This document shows, one piece after another, positions 31,316 through 42,004 of a stretch of 64,000 nt of DNA (positions are counted from its first letter, which is position 1; every line of letters starts with the position of its first letter). The notes below the pieces were generated by a model that saw nothing but the letters and a program-made list of their open reading frames with translations, did not search any database and was not told where the DNA came from. This DNA comes from Sphingobium sp. (GTDB lineage Bacteria > Pseudomonadota > Alphaproteobacteria > Sphingomonadales > Sphingomonadaceae), in contig DASVMZ010000022.1 of the NCBI GenBank assembly GCA_036384115.1, positions 81,303 to 145,302 on the forward strand, in the 5' to 3' direction. Made by a program: the position numbers and the translations under genes.

Positions 31316-33697
31316 TCAGCCCTTGTGCCGTCCTTTTTTTCCGCCGATATGGCGAATGTTGCCAGGGCGCCCGCGCCGCTTTATCTCGCGCGGGGGCCGG
31401 TGGCGGTCCCGCCGGTCCTGCATCCCGCCAAAATCCGCGCCATCCGGCAGGGCGAAACGGAGCGAACCGCTGATCGGGTCAGCCTCCACCAACCGCAGTT
31501 CCAGCCGCTGGCCCACCGCATAGCGTTCACCGCTACGCTCCCCCTCCAGCGCCTGTGACGCCTCATCATACCAGAAGCGTTCAGCGCCCAGCGTTGATAC
31601 AGGCACCAATCCGTCGCCGCCCAGTTCATCCACCGTGGCGAAGAAGCCGAAGTTCCGCACGCCCGTGATCCGGCAGGGCAATATCTGCCCCACCTTCTCC
31701 GACAGGAAAGCCGCGACGTAGCGATCGACGGTCTCGCGCTCCGCCGCCATGGCGCGGCGCTCGAAATCGCTGATCTTCTCGGCAATCGGCCGCATGTCGT
31801 GCCGATCCTCGGGCGACAGCGCGGTCTCGGGTGACAGGCCCTTCTCCTTGGGCGCGGGCATCTCCAGCTTATAGGCGCCCACCAGCGAGCGATGGACGAG
31901 CAGGTCCGAATAGCGCCGGATAGGCGAGGTAAAATGGGCATAGGAGCCGAGCGCCAGACCGAAGTGCCCCGAATTGATCGGGCTGTAATAAGCCTGTGTC
32001 TGGCTCCGCAATATCTGCTCCATGATCTGCGGGCGGCGGGGATCGTCCACCTCGATCTTGGCGATCAACGTGTTGAAGGTCGCCGGGCTGATGACCTGCC
32101 CTAGTGCAAATGCGATCTCGAACGTATCGAGATAATCCTTGAGAGCGACCAGCTTCTCCCGGCTTGCCGCCTCATGATCGCGGTACATCACCGGCGATTT
32201 CTTCGCCTCCAGCGCCTTGGCCGCTGCGACATTGGCCGCGATCATATAATCCTCGATCAGGCGGTGCGCGTCGAGCCGCTCGCGGATGGCGATGCTGGTG
32301 ATGCGCCCCTTCTCGTCGATCACCACGCGCCGCTCCGGCAGGTCAAGCGCGAGCGGCTGGCGTGCATCCCGCGCCTTGGCCAGCAACTCCCAGCAGGCCC
32401 AGAGCGGACGCAGTGCACGATCGGTCAGTGGATGGTCGATCTGCCCGTCCATGGCGGCCTGCGCCTGCTCATAGGGGATGTTGGCAGCAACCCGGATCAC
32501 CGCACGGGTGAAGCGCCAGGCCGTGACCGCTCCCCTGGCGTCGATGGTCAGATGGCAGGCGAGTGCCGCCCGGTCCTCGCCCGCGCGGAGCGAGCACATG
32601 TCGGACGACAGCGCATGGGGCAACATCGGCACGACGAGATCGGGAAAATAGACACTGTTGCCGCGCCGCCGCGCCTCCCGGTCCAGCGAGCTGCCGGGGC
32701 GGACATAGAAGCTGACATCGGCGATGGCGATTATCGCCTTGAAGCCGCCCGGATTGCCAGCATCCACGTCCGGTGAAGCCCAGACTGCATCGTCGAAGTC
32801 GCGCGCATCCACCGGGTCGATGGCCACGATGGGCAGGTCGCGCAGATCCTCCCGCGCCTCCGTTTCCAGCGGCAGATTGTGGACCTTTGCCGCCTCCTCC
32901 TCCGTCTCGGTCGCAAACAGATGCGGGATGCCATATTTGTGGATGGCGATGAGACTGAACGAGCGCGCCTGAAATGGATCGCCCAATATGTCCGTTACCC
33001 GTGCGGAGACGCGCGGCGGACGACCGGTCGCCTCGGCCAGCACCAGATCGCCGGGCTTGGCATCGCCCGCGTCGCTGACCCGTGTTTCGTGGCGGATACG
33101 CTTGTCGACCGGGCGCAGCACCAGCGCGCCGTCCGACTCCCGATGCAGCACACCCAGCATCGCGTCCGCGCCCGCCGCCAGCTTCTTCATCGGATGGGCG
33201 ACGATGCCGCTGCCAGCCTCCTCCGTTCGAGCAAGGATACGGTCGCCAATGCCAAGCGCGCCCTTGCGACCGCGCTCGATCACGCGCAGCTTGGGCGGGG
33301 GCATGCCCTCCGCATCCCATTTTTCCGGCACCGCGACTGGCACATTGCCTTCTATCGCGATGATCCGCAGCACCGTGACCTTGGGCACGCCGCCCATCTT
33401 GTGAAAGGCGCGTGCCGGACCAATGTCGATCAGCCCCTCGTCCGCCATATCCTTCAGCAGCGCCTTGAGGAGAATTTTCTCCTGCCCCTTCAGCCCGAAT
33501 GCCTTGGCGATCTCGCGCTTGCCCGCAGGCGTTTCGGACGTGGCGATGAAGTCCAGCACCTGCTGCGGCGACGGCATGCCGGGTTGTATCCTGGGCTTTG
33601 CCGGGGGCTTGGGAGAGCGGGGCCGGGATGCGGCGGCGCCGGGGGATTTTGCTGCTTTACCGGCGCTGAGACCGGTGCTCGGGGGTTTTGGGGCCAT
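31316..33697 (-). CDS. rnr: Ribonuclease R
   Basis: AIDPVDARDFDDA, RGNSVYFP, HFTSPIRRYSDL, S1 domain, basic tail. Confidence 0.95.
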   Translation of the reverse strand: MAPKPPSTGLSAGKAAKSPGAAASRPRSPKPPAKPRIQPGMPSPQQVLDFIATSETPAGKREIAKAFGLKGQEKILLKALLKDMADEGLIDIGPARAFHKMGGVPKVTVLRIIAIEGNVPVAVPEKWDAEGMPPPKLRVIERGRKGALGIGDRILARTEEAGSGIVAHPMKKLAAGADAMLGVLHRESDGALVLRPVDKRIRHETRVSDAGDAKPGDLVLAEATGRPPRVSARVTDILGDPFQARSFSLIAIHKYGIPHLFATETEEEAAKVHNLPLETEAREDLRDLPIVAIDPVDARDFDDAVWASPDVDAGNPGGFKAIIAIADVSFYVRPGSSLDREARRRGNSVYFPDLVVPMLPHALSSDMCSLRAGEDRAALACHLTIDARGAVTAWRFTRAVIRVAANIPYEQAQAAMDGQIDHPLTDRALRPLWACWELLAKARDARQPLALDLPERRVVIDEKGRITSIAIRERLDAHRLIEDYMIAANVAAAKALEAKKSPVMYRDHEAASREKLVALKDYLDTFEIAFALGQVISPATFNTLIAKIEVDDPRRPQIMEQILRSQTQAYYSPINSGHFGLALGSYAHFTSPIRRYSDLLVHRSLVGAYKLEMPAPKEKGLSPETALSPEDRHDMRPIAEKISDFERRAMAAERETVDRYVAAFLSEKVGQILPCRITGVRNFGFFATVDELGGDGLVPVSTLGAERFWYDEASQALEGERSGERYAVGQRLELRLVEADPISGSLRFALPDGADFGGMQDRRDRHRPPREIKRRGRPGNIRHIGGKKGRHKG

Positions 33698-33756
33698 AGT
33701 CCCGGTATAGGCGGATCAGGGGTATCGTCCAGTGTGTGTAGGCTGTCAGTAGGGCG

Positions 33757-34923
33757 TTAGTCGGTCTCACGCGCGATATAGACGCGGTTGCGGCCATGTT
33801 CCTTGGCCAGATACAGCGCGCGATCGGCCGCCTTCAGGGCCTCGCGCGGTTCGGGATAGTCGAACACGTCCGCCACCCCGCCGGAGAAAGTCACCTGCTC
33901 CATCCGCTCGCCCGTCTTGCGATCCACAAGGTTGCGTTCCGACATGTCCTGCCGGGCCTCGTCCACGATCACACAGGCTTCGGCCACGGTCTTGCCGCGA
34001 AACAGCATCACAAATTCCTCGCCGCCATGGCGCGCGACATGACATTTGTCGTCGGACACGCGCGACAACAGGCCCGCCACGAATTTCAGCACGCGGTCGC
34101 CCGCATCATGGCCATGCGTGTCGTTGATGAACTTGAAATGGTCGATGTCGCAGAAGGCGACGCTCAGCGTCTCATTATGATCGCGTGCGAGCTGGGTTTC
34201 CTCGCGCAGCACGGACTCGAACGCGCGGCGATTCGGCAGGCCGGTCAGATGGTCCTGCTCCGCCGCTTGGCGCGCGGTCTCGAGATTTTTCTGGAGCATC
34301 TGCGTCTGCTTCTGCCCGTCGCGCAGTTTCCCCTCGACCTCGCGGGTGTGCTCGATCATCGTGCGGGTCACGGCAACCAGCTTTGCGATCACCTCGCCGC
34401 CGCTGGAGCCGCCCGCCAGTTCGCTCGCCTCGCGTTGCAGGACGGCACCATAATTCTTGGCCGACGTGCTGGACTGGTCGGCGATCAGGGTCAGCGCCTC
34501 GACATTGGCTTCCACCTTGTCCAGCATCTCCGCCAGATTATCGGCAGTGATCTCATCCATTCGCTGCTGCGCCATGATATTTTCGGCCAGACCGTTGGTC
34601 AGCTTGCCCTTGTCGTGCAGGATCGCCCGTACCGCCTTCTCGATCTGAAGATCATTGCCCGTGAGATAATCATGGGCCAGCCCGAAATTGAGCGGGGTAA
34701 GGTCGAGGTCGTGCGAAAACAGGAACTGCCCGATATCATTGTACAGGCTCTTGTTGCGCTCCACCTCCCGGCGCAGGCGGCCATTGCCCTGCTCGCGCGC
34801 GGGTGCAGTCAGCGGCTCCGGGGGAACGCCATCGCGGCCAAGCAGGCCAAAGCTCCATTTTGCGAGCTTGCCCCCCAGACCATCTTCATTCGCGTGCACA
34901 GCAGGCATGTCGTGACTTCCCAT
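33757..34923 (-). CDS. Soluble diguanylate cyclase (DgcB-like)
   Basis: Coiled coil then DHLTGLPNRR, DIDHFK, NDTHGH, RHGGEEF, ADRALYLAK. Confidence 0.92.
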   Translation of the reverse strand: MGSHDMPAVHANEDGLGGKLAKWSFGLLGRDGVPPEPLTAPAREQGNGRLRREVERNKSLYNDIGQFLFSHDLDLTPLNFGLAHDYLTGNDLQIEKAVRAILHDKGKLTNGLAENIMAQQRMDEITADNLAEMLDKVEANVEALTLIADQSSTSAKNYGAVLQREASELAGGSSGGEVIAKLVAVTRTMIEHTREVEGKLRDGQKQTQMLQKNLETARQAAEQDHLTGLPNRRAFESVLREETQLARDHNETLSVAFCDIDHFKFINDTHGHDAGDRVLKFVAGLLSRVSDDKCHVARHGGEEFVMLFRGKTVAEACVIVDEARQDMSERNLVDRKTGERMEQVTFSGGVADVFDYPEPREALKAADRALYLAKEHGRNRVYIARETD

Positions 34924-35234
34924 AGAACCGGAGCTTTTTTAAAGCGGGTTGGTAAAGCCCGCGTAAACATTTCGCACGTGCAACAGACTTTAGTCGCACT
35001 TGCCTTCCGAGGAAAATTGCCCTAGGGGCAACTCCACGCATGACAATGTTGGCGGCGTGATCATCCATCCTCGGTTCGACCGGCCTAATCCGGCAACCGA
35101 CGTGTATGGAGCGCCAACCATGCGATTTGACATACTGGACCTTCCCTCGTCACGCGGATCGTCTCCATCACCCGGATGGAGTATCGCGTGCCACATCGGC
35201 TGCGCCCTCCGTCCTTGACGAGGACAAGAACTCA

Positions 35235-36611
35235 ATGACCGAATTTTCCACGCTCGGCCTCGCCGAGCCAGTGCTGAAGGCGCTTGCCGCCAAAAACTAT
35301 CTGGTCGCCACCCCCATTCAGGCACAGGCGATCCCGGCACTGATGGAAGGGCGCGACCTGTGCGGCATCGCCCAGACCGGCACCGGCAAGACGGCGGCTT
35401 TTGCCCTGCCCACGCTCCACTATCTCCACAACAACCCCGGCCCACGCAAGGGCGGCTCGTGCCGCGTCCTCATCCTCTCCCCTACGCGCGAGTTGGCCGC
35501 GCAGATCGCGCAGAGCTTCCGCGACTATGGCCGCTTCCTGCCCTTCACCGTTGACGCGGTATTCGGCGGCGTGCCGATCAATCGCCAGATCCAGAAGCTC
35601 AAGGAGGGCCTCGACATCGTCGTCGCCACGCCGGGCCGCCTGATCGACCTGCTCGAACAGCGTGCGCTGAACCTGTCCGACGTAGAGATCTTCGTTCTGG
35701 ACGAAGCCGACCAGATGATGGACCTGGGCTTCATTGTTCCCTTGAAACGCATCGCCAAGCTGCTGCCCAAGAAGCGTCAGAATCTGTTCTTCTCCGCCAC
35801 CATGCCAAAGGCGATCAAGGATCTGTCGACCCAGTTCATCACCGATCCGGTGCATGTCGAGGTCGCGCCCCAGTCCACCACGGCCGAGCGCGTCAAGCAG
35901 TTCGCGACCTTTGTGAACCAAAAGGAAAAACAGGCACTGCTGACCCTGACCTTGCAGGCCGAACCCATCGACCGCGCGCTGATCTTCACACGCACCAAGC
36001 ATGGCGCTGACCGTGTCGTGCGGCATCTGGTGGGTGCGGGCATCCAGGCGATGGCGATCCATGGCAACAAGAGCCAGTCGCAGCGCACCACCGCGTTGCA
36101 GGCGTTCCGCTCCGGCCAGATCAAGTTGCTGGTCGCGACGGACATTGCGGCGCGCGGCATCGACGTCTCGGGCGTCAGCCATGTCATCAACTTCGAACTG
36201 CCCAATGTGGCGGAGCAATATGTCCACCGCATCGGCCGCACCGCGCGTGCGGGCGCGGATGGCATCTCGATCAGCTTCGTGGCGGATGACGAGCGGCCCT
36301 ATCTCAAGGCCATCGAGAAGGCGACGCGCATCAAGCTGGACATGGTCCCCCTGCCAGAGAACTTCGTGGAGCTGGCGTCCAAGCTGCCCGCCCCCGCTCC
36401 GCAACAGGAACCAACCCGTGATCCGCGTGCCGATACTGGCCGTGGTCGCGGTGCCCGTCCCGGCGGCGGTGCAGGTCGGGGCGGACAGGGTGGCGCAGGC
36501 CATGGCCAGGGCGAAGATGCTCACCGTCCCCGTCGCCGCAGCAGCGGCCCGGTCGGCGCACACCGCAATGCGGTGAAGCGCACCGGCGGCGAGAAGGCCG
36601 GCGGGCGCTAA
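35235..36611 (+). CDS. rhlE: DEAD-box RNA helicase RhlE
   Basis: AQTGTGKT, PTRELA, DEAD, SAT, ARGID, HRIGRT; RGG-rich tail. Confidence 0.92.
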   Translation: MTEFSTLGLAEPVLKALAAKNYLVATPIQAQAIPALMEGRDLCGIAQTGTGKTAAFALPTLHYLHNNPGPRKGGSCRVLILSPTRELAAQIAQSFRDYGRFLPFTVDAVFGGVPINRQIQKLKEGLDIVVATPGRLIDLLEQRALNLSDVEIFVLDEADQMMDLGFIVPLKRIAKLLPKKRQNLFFSATMPKAIKDLSTQFITDPVHVEVAPQSTTAERVKQFATFVNQKEKQALLTLTLQAEPIDRALIFTRTKHGADRVVRHLVGAGIQAMAIHGNKSQSQRTTALQAFRSGQIKLLVATDIAARGIDVSGVSHVINFELPNVAEQYVHRIGRTARAGADGISISFVADDERPYLKAIEKATRIKLDMVPLPENFVELASKLPAPAPQQEPTRDPRADTGRGRGARPGGGAGRGGQGGAGHGQGEDAHRPRRRSSGPVGAHRNAVKRTGGEKAGGR

Positions 36612-36654
36612 GGCACTGGCGCTGGCCTACTGGACCAGTGCGTAAGAGTATCGG

Positions 36655-36692
36655 AAGGCGCCATGTCACGCGAAAGCGGGCATGGCGCCTTT
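36655..36692 (+). terminator. Hairpin terminator after rhlE
   Basis: AAGGCGCCATG...CATGGCGCCTT stem with GAAA loop between convergent genes. Confidence 0.7.
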
Positions 36693-36747
36693 CCTATGGA
36701 GCTTTCAAGGAGGCGATACCCTTGTCGAGAGCGCCGTCGGTGCGGGC

Positions 36748-37809
36748 TTAATCCTGACCGTCAAGTTCCTTGATCCGCGCCTCTATGGCAGTGGAATATT
36801 GATAGATTTGGGTAAGTTCACCGATCAGATGGCGGGTTTCCTCCTTACCCTGGAATGTCCCTAGATATTTCGTAGTAACGCCATTGAAATGGAGGCGTGC
36901 CAGCGTCTTGCGATTATTGTCGTCCAGCAGGATGGCGCAGTAGGATTTGGCATCGCGCATCACGATCCGTTTCGGATCAATCAGGCGCGATCCGATAGCC
37001 TGCACGATGTGGAAACCGGAAATTTCCTCCTGGGTCGTGACAATCCCGTCCTCCTGCGAATCGCCGCCAGACTCCTCTTCCGGTTCCGGCAGCGTCGATG
37101 CAGCCAGTGCGGAGGTGATCCGGTCATTGACGGAGTTGCGGATGATGGACGCGATCGAACTGGCCACGAGCCGGTGGAAATTATCCTTTACCGCGGATGT
37201 CAGCCGTCCGTTATGCACCCGCGCCGCGATGATCTTCACAAAATCGTCGGACGGCTCGGCAAACTCCATCTCCAGCACCGACTTGATCTGGGATTCCAGT
37301 TTGAGATTACCCGCTTCCTGAACGATCTTCTCTATATCGAACCCGGCCTTGGTAAACTGTTCCAGAATACGGATGTCGCTCTTACGGATCGTATCCATGG
37401 AGAAAATGAAGAATGGATTGGCGTCCATCTTGTTGGGCTGGTCGATATCCGAATAAAATTGATACACTACGCCATTGGTAAGGACCGCCAGTCGCGCGTC
37501 GGTGACGCTGAAATAGCGGAAAAGCTGTCCGGCGTGATTTATGTTCAATTCAGCCGAAGACGGTTTGCATTCCACAAGGATGGCGACCTTGCCATCGCGG
37601 CAGATGGCATAATCCACCTTCTCACCTTTTTTGGTCCCGACATCCGCCGAAAATTCGGGAACGACCTCGGCCGGATTGAAGACGTCATACCCCAAGGCTT
37701 GCAGAAACGGCATGATGAGAGCGTTTTTGGCCGCTTCCTCGGTCAGCAGGATTTCGCGATGCTGCTGGGTGCGCTCATGTAAGGCCGTGAGCCGTGCTGC
37801 CAGTTCCAT
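36748..37809 (-). CDS. Stand-alone HsdR_N-domain PD-(D/E)xK nuclease-like protein
   Basis: TEEAAKNALIMPFLQALGYDVF, EKVDYAI...LVECK, QLFRYF, LTNG; no helicase, hsdM or hsdS. Confidence 0.82.
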   Translation of the reverse strand: MELAARLTALHERTQQHREILLTEEAAKNALIMPFLQALGYDVFNPAEVVPEFSADVGTKKGEKVDYAICRDGKVAILVECKPSSAELNINHAGQLFRYFSVTDARLAVLTNGVVYQFYSDIDQPNKMDANPFFIFSMDTIRKSDIRILEQFTKAGFDIEKIVQEAGNLKLESQIKSVLEMEFAEPSDDFVKIIAARVHNGRLTSAVKDNFHRLVASSIASIIRNSVNDRITSALAASTLPEPEEESGGDSQEDGIVTTQEEISGFHIVQAIGSRLIDPKRIVMRDAKSYCAILLDDNNRKTLARLHFNGVTTKYLGTFQGKEETRHLIGELTQIYQYSTAIEARIKELDGQD

Positions 37810-38007
37810 TGTCCCTCCCCCTGAGCAGCAGGGCGCTGCCGGGAGGAGGGGTTGCAAAATCGCTACTATCCGTCGAGCGGGATTCTCTTAGTTTCGGACC
37901 ATATTGCCAACCAAATTGCCCGTTTTTTCTGAACGAGCATGTGTCAAAGGAGCGCGATGATTTTGCGGATCGCATCTTTGGTCATCAAGATACTTTGTCC
38001 GTAAAGA

Positions 38008-38946
38008 TCACTCCTCCTCATCCTCCGCCATCACCACCGGTGGATGCAGCCGCAGGCGCGTCACCCTTCGCGTGTCGCCGTCGAGTATCTCCAGCCGCCA
38101 GCCACTTTCCGGGTGGAGCAGTATCTCGCCCTTTTCCGGGACATGGCCCGCGATGACAAAGGCCAGACCGCCCAGCGTGTCGATGTCTTCCTCGACCTCG
38201 GCCAGCCTGGGGTCGTTCACTTCCTGCGCGACATCGTCCAGTTCGGCACGGGCATCCGCGTCCCAGCAGCCGGCATCGCCATGGGCGACGAGCAGAGCCT
38301 CCGGCTCTTCGTCATGCTCATCCTCGATCTCGCCGACGATCTCCTCCATCAGATCCTCGATGGTCAACAGGCCGTCCGTCCCCGAATATTCGTCCACCAC
38401 GATGGCAAGGTGGGTGCGCTTGGCCCGCATCTCGGCCAGCAGGTCGAGCACGCCCATGCTCTGCGGTACATAGATAGGCTGGCGGATCAGACCCTCCAGC
38501 GTATCCGGGTGTGCCTGCCCCTGCGCCAGTATGGCGAAGGCGTCGCGGATGTGGATCATGCCGGTGACGGTATCGAGACTGTCCTTGTAGACCGGGATAC
38601 GGCTGTGTCCCGCCTCCACGAACAGCGCCATCAGTTGCGCAAAGCTGGCGTCCTGCGAAATGGCGACGATCTCGCCGCGCGGCACCGCGACGTCATCGAC
38701 GGTATGCTCGCCGAAATGCAGCAGGTTCTTGAACATCTGCCGCTCGACGGGGGACAGGTCGCCCTTGATGACGGGCGCGCCCGCATCCTCCTCATATTCG
38801 TCGAGCGTATGCTCCAACTCTTTGCGGAGGCTGGTCTCCGGCTCCTCACCAAACAAAAGGGCGCGAAGCCCGCGCCATATTCGCCCGCCTTCGTTGCTAC
38901 TGTCCGCTTCCTTCGCGGTGGAGGAGGCGCTGCTGGCTTCGGCCAT
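38008..38946 (-). CDS. corC: CBS-pair/CorC-HlyC protein
   Basis: GHSRIPVY, AIVVDEYSGTDGL, IEDLMEEIVGEIEDEHD, DTLGG; downstream of ybeY. Confidence 0.88.
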   Translation of the reverse strand: MAEASSASSTAKEADSSNEGGRIWRGLRALLFGEEPETSLRKELEHTLDEYEEDAGAPVIKGDLSPVERQMFKNLLHFGEHTVDDVAVPRGEIVAISQDASFAQLMALFVEAGHSRIPVYKDSLDTVTGMIHIRDAFAILAQGQAHPDTLEGLIRQPIYVPQSMGVLDLLAEMRAKRTHLAIVVDEYSGTDGLLTIEDLMEEIVGEIEDEHDEEPEALLVAHGDAGCWDADARAELDDVAQEVNDPRLAEVEEDIDTLGGLAFVIAGHVPEKGEILLHPESGWRLEILDGDTRRVTRLRLHPPVVMAEDEEE

Positions 38947-38975
38947 CGGTGTTCAAGTCCCTGTTCCCGGCACGA

Positions 38976-39500
38976 TCATGTGCCCTCATGATCCGCATAT
39001 GGATCAGCGATGCCCAGCGACGCAAGAGCCGCCGTCTCCATCTCCTCCATCGCGCGCGCTTCCTCCTCATCCTCGACATGGTCGTAGCCGAGGAGATGGA
39101 GGACACCATGCACCATCAGATGGACGGCATGATTCTCCAGCGTCACGCCCTTCTCCACCGCTTCGCGCGCGCAGGTCTCATAGGCCAGCACGATGTCGCC
39201 GACGAGAATCTCGCCATCGTCGGCCAGCGCGGTCGCTTCCATGAAATCAGGCTGAAGCATGGGGAAGGACAGGACGTTAGTCGGCGTGTCCTTGTTGCGA
39301 TAGGCGGCGTTGAGGGCCTGCACCTCCGCATCGTCGGCCAGCTTGACCGACAGCTCGAATGCGCCCGGATGGGTCAACATCTCGCCATGCGGCGTCTGCG
39401 CGATGGCAGCGCGCGCAGCCTTCTCCGCCAGCACGGTCCACTCCTCCACCGGCCGCGTCCACAGGGGGACACTGTCGACGATCACGTCAAGCATGGGCAT
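38976..39500 (-). CDS. ybeY: rRNA maturation endoribonuclease YbeY
   Basis: YRNKDTPTNVLSFP, HGVLHLLGYDH. Confidence 0.95.
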   Translation of the reverse strand: MPMLDVIVDSVPLWTRPVEEWTVLAEKAARAAIAQTPHGEMLTHPGAFELSVKLADDAEVQALNAAYRNKDTPTNVLSFPMLQPDFMEATALADDGEILVGDIVLAYETCAREAVEKGVTLENHAVHLMVHGVLHLLGYDHVEDEEEARAMEEMETAALASLGIADPYADHEGT

Positions 39501-39556
39501 TTCTCATGGCACATGCCCTAGGTCGGGCATATGTCAGGCGCAAGACGGTGGCCGCA

Positions 39557-40555
39557 TCAGGCATCCGGCCCCTCATAGGCCTGAACGATGCGGCCGACGA
39601 TGGGATGGCGCACCACGTCCGCCGCGCTGAACCGGATGGTGCCGAAGCCCTCGATGCCCTCCAGCTTCTGCACGGCATCGTTGAGGCCCGACGCGTTCAT
39701 GCCGCCGGGAAGGTCGGTCTGGTTGGGATCGCCGCACACGACCATGCGGCTTTTCTCGCCAAAGCGGGTCAGGAACATCTTCATCTGCATCGGCGTGGTG
39801 TTCTGCGCCTCGTCCAGGATGATGAAGGCGTCGGCCAGCGTCCGCCCGCGCATGAAGGCGATGGGCGCGATCTCGATCTCGCCCGATGCGATGCGCCGCT
39901 CCACCTGCTCGGGCGGCAGGCAATCGTTGAGCGCGTCATAAAGCGGGCGAAGATAGGGATCGACCTTCTCCTTCATGTCGCCGGGGAGGAAGCCCAACTT
40001 CTCGCCCGCCTCCACCGCAGGACGGGAGAGGATCAGCCGCTTGACGGAACCGTTCATGAGTTGCGCCACGGCCTGCGCCACCGCGATATAGGTCTTGCCG
40101 GTGCCGGCCGGGCCGAGCGCGAAGATGATGTCGTCGCGGGTCAGCGCCTCCATATAGACCGCCTGCGTCACCGTGCGCGGCACGATGGTCTTCATGCGGG
40201 TGCGGATCATGATGGACGGCGGCGTGGAGACTTCGTGGCGGATGATGCCGTCCAGCGTCGGCTCGTTGGACATACCGATCAAAGCCTCGACCACGCCCGA
40301 GTCGATGTCCTGTCCCTTGACTATGCGGTTGTAGAGGCCGGTGAGAACGTCGCGGGCGCGGCCGGTGGCGGATGCCTCCCCCTCGATCTGGATCTTGTTC
40401 CCACGGGCGAGGATGTAAACTCCCAGCCTGTTTTCGATAGCGACCAAATTCTGGTCATATTGACCAAAGAGCGTGCCAAGGAGCTGGGGGCGGTCGAAAA
40501 CGACCTCTATCCGGCTGCGGTCGCCCGTCTGGGCGGGAACAGGCTTGCGGCTCAT
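39557..40555 (-). CDS. phoH: PhoH-like ATPase
   Basis: GPAGTGKT, RPAVEAGEKLGFLPG, MRGRT, DEAQN. Confidence 0.95.
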   Translation of the reverse strand: MSRKPVPAQTGDRSRIEVVFDRPQLLGTLFGQYDQNLVAIENRLGVYILARGNKIQIEGEASATGRARDVLTGLYNRIVKGQDIDSGVVEALIGMSNEPTLDGIIRHEVSTPPSIMIRTRMKTIVPRTVTQAVYMEALTRDDIIFALGPAGTGKTYIAVAQAVAQLMNGSVKRLILSRPAVEAGEKLGFLPGDMKEKVDPYLRPLYDALNDCLPPEQVERRIASGEIEIAPIAFMRGRTLADAFIILDEAQNTTPMQMKMFLTRFGEKSRMVVCGDPNQTDLPGGMNASGLNDAVQKLEGIEGFGTIRFSAADVVRHPIVGRIVQAYEGPDA

Positions 40556-40648
40556 CTGGTCCTTTCGAGGTTGCTCGAGTCGGGATGAGGATGAAGGCCA
40601 AAGCTCCCGATTGCCAGCCCAATCGTCGGGCGCCGCAATTTGATCCGT

Positions 40649-42004
40649 TCAAGCCGCCGCATATGTGGCAATCCTGCCACCCAGGCTGTTGGGACCGGCA
40701 GAAATCAGTTCCACCGTGACGAGGTCGCCGATGGCCAGCCCCGGCGCGTCGAGATGCACCGATTGCAACCAGGGAGACTTGCCGATCAATTGGCCGGTTT
40801 GCCGACCTTTACGCTCCAGCAGCACCTCCACGACCTTGCCGACGCTGGCCGTGTTGAAGGCAACCTGCCCCCGGATGATCTCCGCCTGCAATGCTTGCAG
40901 CCGTTCATCCATTACATCGGCGGCGATCATGCCGTCCATATCGGCGGCGGGCGTGCCGGGACGCGACGAATATTTAAAGCTGAACGCATGGGCATAGCGC
41001 GCCGCGCGCACCAGATTCATCGTCGCCTCGAAATCCGCATCCGTTTCGCCGGGGAAACCGACAATGAAGTCACCCGACAGCGCGATGTCCGGTCGCACCG
41101 CCCGCACCCGGTCCAATGTCCGCAGATAGGATGCCGTGTCATGGCTGCGGTTCATAGCCTTGAGGATGCGATCACTGCCCGACTGTACGGGCAGGTGGAG
41201 ATAGGGCATCAACGCCTCGACATCGCCATGCGCCGCGATCAGCCCGTCGGTCATGTCGTTGGGATGGCTGGTGGTGTAGCGGATACGCTTGAGGTGCGGC
41301 AAGCGGTCGAGCGCGCGGATCAGGCCGTCGAGACCCTGCAAGCGCCCCGCCCCATCCTCGCCTTCCCAGGCATTCACATTCTGGCCGAGCAGCGTGATCT
41401 CCTGCACGCCTGCATCGACCAACGCCCGTGCCTCGTCCATCACCGCTTTCCATGGACGGCTGACTTCGGCGCCGCGCGTGTAGGGAACCACGCAATAGGT
41501 GCAGAATTTGTCGCACCCTTCCTGCACCGTCAGGAAGGCGGATGCGCTGCGCCGTCTGCCGGCACGCCCCGGCAGCACGTCGAACTTGGAGTTGGCGGGC
41601 ATGTCCGTGTCCAGCGCCTCCTCACCCCGCGCGGCCCTGGCGACCAGATCGGGCAGGCGGTGATAGGCCTGCGGTCCCACCACGATGTCCACGGTCTTTG
41701 CCCGGCGCATGATCTCGCCGCCCTCGGCCTGCGCCACGCATCCGGCGACCGCGATCATCGGGCGGGTGCCATCCTCGCGCTTCAGGCGGCCGATGTCGGA
41801 ATAGACCCGGTCCACCGCCTTTTCGCGAATATGGCAGGTGTTAAGGATGACCAGATCCGGCTCCGCGCCCTCCCCCGCCTCGCTCATGCCCTGCGCGCTC
41901 AGCATCTCGCCCATGCGCTCGCCATCATAGACGTTCATCTGGCATCCGAAGGATTTGACGCGGAACGTCCGGGGATCGGGGGTGGCGGGCTTGGGTGTGG
42001 TCAT
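40649..42004 (-). CDS. miaB: tRNA methylthiotransferase MiaB
   Basis: FGCQMNVYD, NTCHIRE, CDKFCTYC radical-SAM motif, TRAM domain. Confidence 0.96.
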   Translation of the reverse strand: MTTPKPATPDPRTFRVKSFGCQMNVYDGERMGEMLSAQGMSEAGEGAEPDLVILNTCHIREKAVDRVYSDIGRLKREDGTRPMIAVAGCVAQAEGGEIMRRAKTVDIVVGPQAYHRLPDLVARAARGEEALDTDMPANSKFDVLPGRAGRRRSASAFLTVQEGCDKFCTYCVVPYTRGAEVSRPWKAVMDEARALVDAGVQEITLLGQNVNAWEGEDGAGRLQGLDGLIRALDRLPHLKRIRYTTSHPNDMTDGLIAAHGDVEALMPYLHLPVQSGSDRILKAMNRSHDTASYLRTLDRVRAVRPDIALSGDFIVGFPGETDADFEATMNLVRAARYAHAFSFKYSSRPGTPAADMDGMIAADVMDERLQALQAEIIRGQVAFNTASVGKVVEVLLERKGRQTGQLIGKSPWLQSVHLDAPGLAIGDLVTVELISAGPNSLGGRIATYAAA

